Made by a program: the position numbers and the translations under genes
Assembly (NCBI GenBank): GCA_010015805.1
Contig: ML978122.1
Span: forward strand, 1,088,453-1,152,452
Length of the DNA: 64,000 nucleotides
Reading direction: 5' to 3'
Source of the DNA: Rhizodiscina lignyota
Taxonomy: Eukaryota
Notes under the pieces: model-generated
What the model was told of the DNA's origin: nothing
What the model saw: the letters and a program-made list of their open reading frames with translations, nothing else
Database searches by the model: none
Shown: one piece after another, positions 25,587-36,769 of the stretch
Layout: each line of letters begins with the position of its first letter
How positions within the stretch are numbered: position 1 is the first letter of the stretch

Positions 25587-26969
25587 ATGGCATCGTTGTG
25601 CTGGAGAATTCTGCTCATGGCACTTGCCATCTTGCAGTTCCCTTATAACATTAAGGCCTGCTTTTTCCATGGGGATCATGACCACGCATCTGGATCTTCC
25701 GATTTGAGCGAACGATCCTATATGCCGACTCGCAATGTCAGTCACCCTGGCCGCATCCGAACGGCCTTTCTCAATGTCCGAATCTTTGATGGATACCGCC
25801 TTCACGAGCCTGGTACCGTTCTAGTCGATGATGGTATCATTGTATCCAACATGTCGCACATTGATATCCTCGTCGATGGCCTTGGTGGTGTCTTAATGCC
25901 GGGCCTCATCGACAGCCACTGCCATGTAGGCAGTGTCGATGATCTTGAAGCGCTCAGCAGCTACGGCGTCACAACTGCTCTCAATATGGCCTGCACTTCC
26001 TACCCAATGTGTGCCGCTCTACGAGACCAAGTTGGTCTTGCTTCATTTTTCACAGCGGGATTCCCCGCTCAAGGCCCTGGGAGCAACCACGCCAAAAACA
26101 TGCACACGCCAGCAAACATGCTCGTCTCCTCACCCGATCAAGCCGAGACCTTCGTCGAGAACGTGATCAACAATGGCTCTGATTGGCTCAAGATCACTGC
26201 AGAGCAGAACGGGCCTGATCAGGCCACCCAGAATGCACTTGTTGCTGCAGCTCATGCGCGAGGGTTCCCGACGATGACACACGCGGCGGATTTGCCATAC
26301 TATAAGCAGGCCATTCTTTCGAAGACCGATGGGGTGCAGCACGCTCCAGCGGACGACCTTCTTCCCGACGATTTTATCGCCCTCATGCTAAAACAGGGCC
26401 AAACTTCTACCCCTACAATGGAGCTCGCAAAAATCATCTTGGCTCAAGCAGTGACGCAACCAGACCTCCTCACCACCTTGGGTGTTGGTCAGGATGCTTC
26501 ATATGATGTCTGGCGCTCAAATGTTGTCGCTATGCACAAGGCTGGTATCCCAATTCTTGCCGGAACTGATGCACCCATGATTCCACCGCCGCCGCCCGGC
26601 TCCAGCTCGTCCTCAGCGTCCAGCTCCAGCTCAGCGCCAAGTTCGAGCCTGAGCGCAGCACCAAGCAGCAATTCCAGCTCTACAAGTGTCAATCCCACCG
26701 CCAACTTCGGATGGTCTCTGCATGGGGAGCTTGCGAATCTGGTTGATGCCGAGTTCTCCCCATCGGAAGCTCTGCGTGCCGCCACATTGGTACCTGCGAT
26801 GGCACACGGACTCCTTGATCGTGGAAGGATCGCCCCTGGACTGCGAGCCGATCTGCTGTTGCTGGAGCCAGGTGCTCAGCCGTTACGAGACATCAGGGAT
26901 ACTTTGAGAATCTCGAGGGTCTGGATTGGGGGTATCGAATATCAAAACGTGACAAAGTCTTCTTCCTAA
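25587..26969 (+). CDS. Metal-dependent amidohydrolase with predicted signal peptide
   Basis: MPGLIDSHCH, YGVTT, LKI, THA, QHA, AGTDA, EALRAAT..PA..RGRIAPGLRADLLLL. Hydrophobic N-terminus. Intronless. Confidence 0.9.
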   Translation: MASLCWRILLMALAILQFPYNIKACFFHGDHDHASGSSDLSERSYMPTRNVSHPGRIRTAFLNVRIFDGYRLHEPGTVLVDDGIIVSNMSHIDILVDGLGGVLMPGLIDSHCHVGSVDDLEALSSYGVTTALNMACTSYPMCAALRDQVGLASFFTAGFPAQGPGSNHAKNMHTPANMLVSSPDQAETFVENVINNGSDWLKITAEQNGPDQATQNALVAAAHARGFPTMTHAADLPYYKQAILSKTDGVQHAPADDLLPDDFIALMLKQGQTSTPTMELAKIILAQAVTQPDLLTTLGVGQDASYDVWRSNVVAMHKAGIPILAGTDAPMIPPPPPGSSSSSASSSSSAPSSSLSAAPSSNSSSTSVNPTANFGWSLHGELANLVDAEFSPSEALRAATLVPAMAHGLLDRGRIAPGLRADLLLLEPGAQPLRDIRDTLRISRVWIGGIEYQNVTKSSS

Positions 26970-28323
26970 GTTTTTTGTTGTAGAAGATGGTGTGATTGTT
27001 TTCCCGTAGTTGTCGTCTTGTATTTCTTCGTTTCTGTATACTATATGCAAGCATTAGGGGCCTTTGGAGGTAAATTTTAGTTTCCTGCTTTAGAGATAAG
27101 TGAAAGAAGAATTTAAAAGCTTTACCCTCTTTCTTGCAGCTATCGTACACTAACAAGTATTTGCAGTCGACGTCAACAGTTGAACTCACGAAAACGAACC
27201 AAAAAATGACACGATTTGACGGAAAAGATGGAAATGCATGGATCTATGGCCGGGGTGCACCCACGTCACAAACTCAACCCTCCCATACCAACCTACATCT
27301 TCAACGCGTCAACTTCAGCGAATGTGACCCCCGATCTAGCCCTTCATCGCGAATGGTCACTTTCTCGGATCCGCTGGGACAGAAGGAAAATAGACATAGA
27401 TACTAAGGCATTTGGAACGCATAACTGACATGTTGTGCATGCGCCGATGCACCCAGACTTCCCTAGAGGGAATATGCAGACGGTCATCCAAGTGGCGGTT
27501 GAATCGGCTGCAAGGAGGATTCTCTGGGTTAGTTCAAGCACATCTACATACAGGTCCCAATCAAGTTGAAGAACCCGGGCACGACTTCCGGTGTATAGAG
27601 TAAGATACGAAGTATATACCTAAAAGACGTTTCGTATTAGTGGGGGGTATGGAACCTGAGTCGCTCGCAGCTTAGAATAAGTGGCCACGCAACGCTTCAG
27701 GATAGACAGATTCCAAAACCCTCCTCATTGCCACGCTTTCGCCGAGTGATAAATTAGCTTGTCTCTCGATCATGAGCGTCTATTGGAATGCACCTGTGGC
27801 ACGACGAGACACGAGGTTGTTTCTCGACCCAAGGACCCACTATTCTCCACGTTGCGAGATCCCGAAGTCCGGCCGCCAAGGGACTGGCTATATTTAGGAT
27901 CAACATCTCAGCCTCCACCCGCTGCAAGGCACCAACATCGTCCAACACCAAGCCAATCGCATCTCTTTCGGACCTCTTAGATAGTGCTGACAGTGGCTCT
28001 AAATCCATTAAAGTTACGGACACGCCTCAATCCAGGCATTCCCGACTGCGGCTGAGTTGTCGGAGCTCATCCGAGAGGACCAAGCTCATGCAAAAGTGAC
28101 ACGCTATGGCTCGTCCCGTGCAGCAGCGCGGCGAAGACGAAGTTCCGTGGAAGGTAGGTAGTCCGTGGACGTGAGATCTAGATGAGTTTAAATGCACAGC
28201 TGCCCGCATCTATCTGCAGACCAGTGCAGCTAAAGATATCAAAGCTACGAATTTCATTAGTTCTCTTTCTGTCTTTTCCTCCTTTCCTTCCGTTCGATCT
28301 CTTTTGGCGTTGTAGTTCTCATC

Positions 28324-29200
28324 ATGTTCGGACCTACGTTAACCCTCTCTCTCATTTTGTCCATCGCATCGGCACTTCCTCTTCAGGATACCCCTCCTTC
28401 GTTGGATTCACGAAGCCCCATCTTTGGTACCGTTAGTAAAGTCGATTACTCGACCGGAGATAATTGGTATTCACCCAATTTCAAGAAAGGTGCCACAGCT
28501 CCAGCTCCGTCCCAGCCTGGGCCCTACGACTACCAATGTTTTTCTGGCGACATCGAAAAGTATCCCGACATTTCAAACTGGCTCTCATTCCATGAACTCT
28601 TCCAAATCAACAAGCCGATGATGCTTCTTTCCAACTCTGAGGACATTGTCAGCGCCATATACCACGGCATTGAGGCCATCTCGAAAGACTCCAATGTAGA
28701 TGCTAGAGTCATACTGGCTATGATCATGCAAGAGGTTCGTCATTTCCCAGGTAGCGACATTCCACAAAGTTACTGACAGTCAGCAGTCTACCGGCAAGGT
28801 CAACACCGATTGCACCGGCGGTCACAACTGCGGTCTGATGCAAGCCAACGTTGGCAGCACCAGCTTCGACCCGAAAGACCCAGAGGGAAGCATCAAGCAA
28901 ATGATCGAGGATGGCGTTCTCGGCACCTCTGCTGGCCCTGGCCTCATCCAGTACATGAGCAACGACCCAACATACGCATACACGAACAATCACTGGACAT
29001 CCAATCCATTTGCTGCTGCGAGGTGCTACAACAGCGGGACGATTGACCCGTCGGGCAATCTGGATAAGGCGGCATACGGAGTGAAGAGCTATGTGAACGA
29101 TATTGGAAATCGTCTGCTCGGTTGGGACGGCGCCGACAGTGGTTGTGCGCAGATGAAGTGTGGCTTGACTAGCCAGAAACAATGCCAGAGTGCGAAATGA
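28324..29200 (+). CDS. Secreted lysozyme-like (GH23/soluble lytic transglycosylase fold) protein
   Basis: Signal peptide; RVILAMIMQE|STG (catalytic ES), CGLMQ, AARCYNSG match the three SLT/goose-lysozyme motifs. Intron 28735-28786. Confidence 0.8.
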
Positions 29201-29350
29201 TACTTGATGTTGGAATAGGATGGCGCTGAATGCCTTTGGGGAATGTTATTACTTGTATATATTTATCTGATACCTTGTAAATACAATGATTTATGAAACC
29301 ACAAATACTTCTCTACCGATTTGCTGCCCTCCAGTGCTTCCGTCCAGGAA

Positions 29351-29843
29351 TTAGCCCATGAGGTAATGAAAATGCTACCACGAAGCATCCGTCCACGTAG
29401 GCACTACTATCCAGATAAGATGATTGCGTCTCTAAGTTCCACGGCCCGGGAGATGACATGAACAATTAAATTTATCCCAAAGGTGAGCGCACTGTCGAGA
29501 CCGAAATAGGAATAGCCTCCGGAGCAGAGGGAGACTTGAGAATATTTGCCGGCGAGGCTTTCTCCCCGCCCTCTATCACATTCACCCAGAAAACCGGCAA
29601 CGGCCAGTATGCAGTCATGATAAGACCCACATCGAAAGCGGGGATACGGGCGATCGGTATTATTTTCATCTCATGACGATAGTACCTGCATAGCTTGGCT
29701 AAATGCAGGCGCGTGCTGGATAAATGTCGCCCTGGAAAATCATCACAATCTTTCTGCTGGATAAATTCACCTTACCGCAAGAGCGCGATCACTTTTTTCT
29801 TCAGACGTTCGTGGACGGCTAATTGATTCACAGAGAGTATAAA
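29351..29843 (+). promoter_or_regulatory. Putative XlnR/Xyr1 sites and TATA box upstream of the GH30_7 xylanase
   Basis: GGCTAA at 29697-29702 and 29817-29822, reverse TTAGCC at 29351-29356, TATAAA at 29838-29843. Confidence 0.55.
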
Positions 29844-29933
29844 GCTACCAGATTTCTGGTTCTGTTCCCGGTAGGTGCGTTGCTTGTCCGTAAAGCTTGT
29901 TTTCAGCTCGTCAAGTTTTCAACATCGTCCAAG

Positions 29934-31413
29934 ATGAAGTCATTGGCCCTTCTCTTCGGCGCCAGTCTCGCCTCTTCGCAATATGTTCCTATTCCTTGGT
30001 CGTATGTGCAGAAAGAGCCTCCTGTGGAGATCACTGTCAATGCCCACACGAGGTTCCAAACAATGATGGGAGGTGGTTGCTCTGGTGCTTTCGGAGTCGC
30101 GTGTGACCAAACTGGTGCTTCTGGGCTATCGCCAGCGAACCAAGACTTAGTCACGCAGACACTCTTCGACGAGAACCTGGGCGGGCTGTCCATTCTGCGC
30201 AATCGTATTGGCTCCTCACCGACAGATGGAATTCTCGGGAGCTGTCCTAGTACCCCTTCATCACACTTCAATTATACCTGGTTCCCGAACGCCTCGACTG
30301 CGGATAGCTGCCAGTACAAGCTCACTCAGACGGCCTTGAAGTACAATCCAGACCTCTTCATCTACGCTGATGCTTGGTCCGCGTCAGGTTGCTTCAAAAC
30401 GGATGCCACGGATATCAATGGTGGCTTGATCTGCGGTGTCCGAGGCAGCAATTGCACACATGACTGGCGCCAAGGGTATGCGGACTACCTGGTGCAGTAC
30501 GTCAAGTTCTATGAGGAAAGGGGCATCAAGGTCAGCATGCTTGGCGCATACAACGAGCCTGATTTCAACCCGGTTACGTATGCCAGCATGGAGTCAGACG
30601 GCTACCAGGCGAAAGACTTCCTCGAAGTCTTGTACCCGACAGTGAAGAAGGCCTACCCAGACCTCAAGGTATCTTGCTGCGATGCCACGGGCGCGCGACA
30701 AGAGCGTAACATTCTTTACGAGCTTGGTAGTGCTGGTGGCGATAAACTCTACGACGTTGCGACCTGGCACAACTACCAAAGCAATCCGGAGCGCCCGTTC
30801 AATACTGCTGGTCAGCCGAACCTGCAGACCGAGTGGGCTGATGGCAGTGGACCTTGGAATGATACCTGGGACACTACTGGCCAGCTTGCCGAGGGCCTCC
30901 AGTGGGCGATGTACATGTGAGCTGTCCGGTACCCAAAGAATTATGGAGCGCTGCTAATTCGATTTGTTTGTCTTTAGGCACAATGCTTTTGTTAACAGCG
31001 ACACCTCCGGCTACTTGCACTGGTGGTGCTCACAGAACGGCAGCGGTGACGGCGTGCTCATCCGACTCGACAATGACAGCTTCGATGTCTCTCGCCGCCT
31101 ATGGGCCTTTGCGGGATACTTCCGCTTTGCGCGACCCGGCTCCGTGCGCATCGATGCTAAGGCCAGTGTCGAGAATGTCTACGTGAGTGCGTTTGAGAAT
31201 AAGAACGGCACGATAGCCGTACCAGTCATCAACGAAGCGCACTTTGAATATGATCTGGATATCAATTTGATCGGTACGAAGGCCAAGAAGGTTTCGGCGT
31301 ATTTGGCGGACAACACTCACAATAATTCGCTGGTTGGGCACTATGCTGTTCATGGGTCGTCATTTAAAGCGTCTGTGCCACCGAGGTCGATGACGACGTT
31401 CTACTTGGAGTGA
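29934..31413 (+). CDS. GH30 subfamily 7 xylanase, Trichoderma XYN IV-like
   Basis: Signal peptide; QTMMGGGCSGAFG, AYNEPD (acid/base), QTEWAD (nucleophile), GYLHWW, YFRFARPGSVRI. Intron about 30917-30977. Confidence 0.92.
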
Positions 31414-31759
31414 TAAGCATTACAAGTTCTATGTAGATTATATATACGTAGTGAAAGCATTAAGAAGACAGTAGCCTTCAAAAGCGGCAACATTCATGTG
31501 CAGAAACCCTTGAAATGACGTAGGAGGTGGCTATTTCCCGTGAGCGGAGGGCTCCTGCCAATCAGACGTTTGATTGGATCACTGACAAGCCTGTGCTCTA
31601 AAATACCATCAAAGCTAGCATATGTGGCATTTGCTCTATCAGATATGCCAACGGGACACGCTAAGTCAATGCATTCCAAATTTCCAATAAACTATATGAG
31701 GTTATCGATCCAACTCTCTTCACAATAAAACCTGCTTTCTCGCTAATATCATTCATCCT

Positions 31760-34700
31760 TCATTCCTTCGACGACTTGCCAGCATTCTTGAACTTCCCCA
31801 TGATTGCCTGCTCCCGTATAATGTCCACATCTCTGGGGAAGATGACCTTCTGTATCGCTTTGATCACAAGTCGGGGGAGGAGCGCAATCGTCACCGTGAC
31901 CAAAAGCGCAGCCCAAAAGGCCAAAGCCGAGTAAACCTCTACTGCGGACTGGTAGAATAGGAATCCCGGTTCGCTCTGGGAATATACGCCAGTCCAGAAG
32001 AAGATGAGAAGCGAGCTGATGGCGTTGATCAAGATTGTCAGCCAGTCCCACCTGTACGAGTTGAGCAGAACATATGAGTTGCTGGCAATGACGGCCGCGG
32101 TGCCAACAAGGATGCCCAACCGTGGCCGGTCGTCAATGTCCCGCCCATTTGGGTGCTGAAAGTCAGAGCGCCAGGCCATGTAAGGCATGAAGAAGCATAT
32201 TATCGACTGATAGAATCCATCGGACATGTAGAGCCTACAAAATGTCAGTATCGACGAAGCGAAGCACTTTCTGAGGCAGGTGATACATACGCAAATTTCG
32301 TTTCAGACCATTCTTTTCGTTCAATACCGCGGTAAAACAGTTGAGGGACTGCGAGGGAAACTTCGTCGCTCACGTCCTGGTCAAAGATTCCCATGAAAAT
32401 GACGGGGAGTGAGGTGAACGCGACATTGACGAGGACGATGTAGGTATAGTCGAATAGGTATGATCCATCGAAATTGTTGTAGATCGAGTACCAAAAGAGC
32501 GTGAATGTCCAAACCAGGTTCTGTTCCAATTAGCAAATCGTTTATCGACGGAGGAAGGGAGCATGCCTTGTAAAAGAAATTGGCCGTTGCTTCTCCAATT
32601 CGACGATATGCCCAACGACCATGGACGAGCACAAGACGTTGTAGATACTCAAACTGTCCAATCGCGTAATCAGAAGACATGACTGCCTGTCTTCCTTCCT
32701 CGCCTGCTATGCCAACCCCGATATCTGCAGCTTGAATCATAGCAACATCGTTGGCGCCATCTCCTATAGCCAAAGCCATAACGTGCAGTCCGCTTTTAAC
32801 CATTAGCACAACTGCAGCTTTCTGTGCTGGGCTCACGCGGCAACAGAGCACGGCCTTGCATTGCTTGCAAAGCAACAGGAATTTCCGCTCCAGCTCCTCA
32901 TCCTCAAGTATGGCAGCCAGTGATTCTCCATCGATCACAAGAGCGTGTGTCGGTGGTGGTGGTCTGTGATCCTTCTGGGCCGCAAGCAGCTCTTCCTCTG
33001 AGCCTTCCAATTTGAAAGCATCCAGGCCGCTCTTTATTTTCGCGGCAGCAGTCTGAGGGTCGCTGAAAACCAGCAAGTCGAGGCCCTCATGCAATAGATT
33101 ACAAGAGTAGCCGATGTTAATCGCGGTCTCGACCCTGTCTCCTGTCAAGACCCAAAGCTTGATGCCAGCGTCGGCTAGCAAGGATATCGTTTTGGGCACG
33201 CCGTTTTGCAGGCGATCTTCGATGGCTGTCCCGCCGATGAGTGACAATTGTTGCTCGAGGGCACTTGATACTTCCTCGACTTTTGCATCGCGGTCGGCAA
33301 GTGCCTGCGTAGCCAATGTGTACGATGCATGCCAGACACGATACTCTTCCGGGTCCAGAACTCGCTCAGCAACACAAAGCGTGCGTAGGCCCTCGTTCGC
33401 AAACATTTCCAAATGATTTGAAGTGACTATTTTCAGATCATCCTGGCCCTCATGATCGCGGGAAAGACGAGGGTAGATGACACTGTCGGCGCCCTTGGTG
33501 AGAAGTCGTATCGTACCATCTGGCATTTTAACAATGATGCTCATGCGTTTTCTCGCCGAGGTGAAGGCCAGAACGTTGAGGATAGTATAGTCGTTTTGGT
33601 TGCCCTTGATATTCAAGCTTATGTCACTGCCCTTGCGATGTGAAAGTATTGTACCGTAGTCCCGAGCCGCCGCAACCAAAGCTGCGTCATCCGGCGATTC
33701 CGCTTTGTATATGATCTCCGGCGGATCTCCTGGTGTTGATTCAGGAAGGACCGTGTTGCACAAAGCCAGGACCATCAGAAAGTTTTCCACCGCATGTTGT
33801 TGCGTCGATCCCGAAGCTCCACCAAGGTCCCCCGCAAAATCTGGAGACACAAAGGTGAAATTGTCCGACTTCAAATATGGATTGTCATAGGCATCCCGTA
33901 GTATTTGCAATGTTTGCGCTCGAGCCTTCTCAGAAGCTATTCCGACGGATTGGTCCGTGTCTTCGCTGTCATCTTGCTCATTGGAGTCGCCGTACGCGAC
34001 GCCGTTCACCGTGCATTTCCTAAATTCCATGATGTTCTGCGTCAAAGTCCCCGTCTTATCCGAGAATATGTATTCGATCTGGCCTATATCGTCAGAGACG
34101 TTGTATCTCTTAGGGACACAAGCCATATCCAAGGGTTCATAGTACATATATTCATCATAGTGGATGAATAATGCTTGAAATGTTCTCATAATGTCCAGGG
34201 ATATGTATAGCGCAATCGGGATGAGATTTTGAAACAGAATGATGGCGACCCAGAAAGCGACGAAACCCTCAAGTGATGCAGAGCCTGCGTAGGAGCCGTA
34301 ATCAAACCAGACGAGTGAGCCGTGCTTGACATTCCATGCGAATCCATTGATGAAGCCGGCTATTATGCACATGATTATCAAGATGACGAAGTTGTATAGA
34401 GCGTTTCGATTGAGGTTCCGGGCAAGATTTGGTCGTTTACTTGGCGTGATCCCGGAATTCAACATGATCTTCGTCTCTTGGCCAGTAAAGGTAACGACAC
34501 CTAAGATCCAACGCGTATTTCGAAGCGTGGTCCCGCGCAGGAGCAAGTTGTTGATGCTAATCGCTTCAACATGCTCCCCGGAAGCGCCATTCTGCTGGCC
34601 CCATCTGATCGCGCCACTGTATGTAAACAAGGTCTGATTGGGAGGCTCACTCTCTATCACGAAACAAGCCTTTTCGCAGTCCTGTGCATGCCTGATACCG

Positions 34701-35813
34701 TGTCCGCACTTCAGGGCTTGCCGAGCTTTCAAATTCGTCTCACCGTCGAGATTTTTGGTCTCGACATAGTAGGCTCCATCTGGTTCTGAAGAGGACAGAA
34801 CCACAATATCCGCCGGAGTCTGATCGCCGTTGTAGATTCGAACAAAGTCACCGACTTTGATGTTCTTCCAGAAGTCATTTTTAAACCTTGCTCTACCTGA
34901 GCTGCCCTTGTCTGGGTTCAGCATGCTTCCAGAGGGATCGAACTTCGGTTCATAATGTTCTGTGGCGAGACTGGAATCCATTTGCGAGGTGCTGTTTTGA
35001 TCATGAAAGGGTGTGTTGGCGGCTCGTGAATTGACCGAAGTTAATTCGATAGGACTCTCACCCACTGAGCGTTCATGGTGTGAGTAAGAAGATCGCTGCG
35101 ACACTACGGAAGGTCGTCTATCCGGCTCGTCTCGCGGATCCGATTTCGAAGGACCTTTCCGGAATGATCGTATGCTATGATAGAAGGAGAGAATACCGTG
35201 AGTACAAGCCTTTTTGATCCGGCGCCAGGTGGAGACATGGTCCATGGACGCATTGACGTTCTCCCAGTCAACCAGGCGATGGACAAGAGAGTTGTTGAGT
35301 TCATTGTCGAGAACGGTACGTCTCCAATCTTCAAGCCCATCTTTGAAAGCTGTCACAACAAGAATGACGATGAGCGGTACGGCATTCAATGCTGGATTGT
35401 TGGCGCCAAAGATCGCAAAGAACTGACAGGCAGTAGAGTTAGCGCACAATATGTCAAATAGGTCTTCTTTCCGCGTATGGGAGTTATCTTACGTTGAGGA
35501 TGACGACGAAAAGAAAGTACATGTTCGCAATGTTATGGAACTGCAGGTACAGATCTTCTGGTATGAAGGTCAATGCAGTGTACTTTGCCGTGCGGATTTT
35601 GTTCGATGGGTACGACATCTTCGGGACGCCATTCTGATCTTTGCTTTCATCAGGAGGATTGATGTTGAAGTAAATTTTCCTCTCCGTCTGCGCCGGTTCA
35701 TCTTCTGCTGAGCCCTTCCGCCTCTTGCTTAGACGAAAGCGACCGAAAATGAAAATTAACGTCTCCTCAAGGGTCCATTCGGTCCACGGCTTTTGAGAGA
35801 TATTAGACGGCAT
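31760..35813 (-). CDS. P4-type ATPase phospholipid flippase, Dnf1/Dnf2 clade
   Basis: [71 protein letters not shown]. Three introns including a GC-AG intron at 32521-32566. Confidence 0.95.
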
Positions 35814-36769
35814 TTTTTCGCCCTTGCTGTGTCGCGAATCGTTTCAATATTGATGCCCTCATCCAATCCATCCGTTACCTCCGAGTAATCAGCAGGAGCG
35901 CTAAGAATAACCGGCTACGAGCGCGTAACGTCTGCTGCAGTCGACACGACCAGAACACAAGTTTTCCGGTCGTCTAGGCTGAGGCCATCGTGATTCTGTG
36001 AGATTTGCGTGCTAGAACATGGTTGCGAAGGTATGAGAGAGGGTTTGCTTTGCTTTGCACTCTGCCCGGAACACTCGGAGATCGGGTGTGACTGGGAGCG
36101 AAGACTCGGCTCGTATTAATAACATGCTACTAGCCACCGGAGGATTTCCTCGTAAGCAAGGAATATCTTACAAAACTACATATATCCCGCACACGCAGAA
36201 CTGGTATCTCTAACGGGTATGTGAGAAGTAGTCTTTCGGAGAATTAGCAGACTGACAGCCTCAAACGAGCACGGTGCAGGCATTTTGTGGTATTGGCGGC
36301 TACCTAGAAGCTTTTGGAGTCTCAAGCCCGAGCGCACGGACTCTAATCACGTGATACGCTACAAGCCGGGCGTTCATGTTACTCATACTGTGGCTTACAT
36401 GTACCCCTGAACCTTGAAAACCTCTAGAGATATTAATTAAGTGAGCGCCTCGTCCCATGTCTATGTACAACTAACTTTCATGATAGACATCCTTAGTCCA
36501 CCGCGACACCACTTACCGTTTTGCTAAGCACACATTAGTTGGACCTTTGATTGTCTGGTCTCGCAAAGACGTTCTTCCCCTAGCTGTGCAATGCAGGAGG
36601 AGTGGCGAGGTGGCTTGGTAGACAGACAGCTCATGTGCCTGCCTCTCGTTTAAATCCAATCCAACCATGCCTTGTACTTTGGGGACGGAAATGCATCTGC
36701 ATAGTGCTCAGCTGAAACAGAGCTTTCTCTTTCTCCCAGCTTCTCTTAATAATGGCGGACGGCCACGTA

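Noticed and set aside
27134..28200. Several short ORFs between the amidohydrolase and the lysozyme-like gene
   Set aside because: No motifs or convincing splice pattern.
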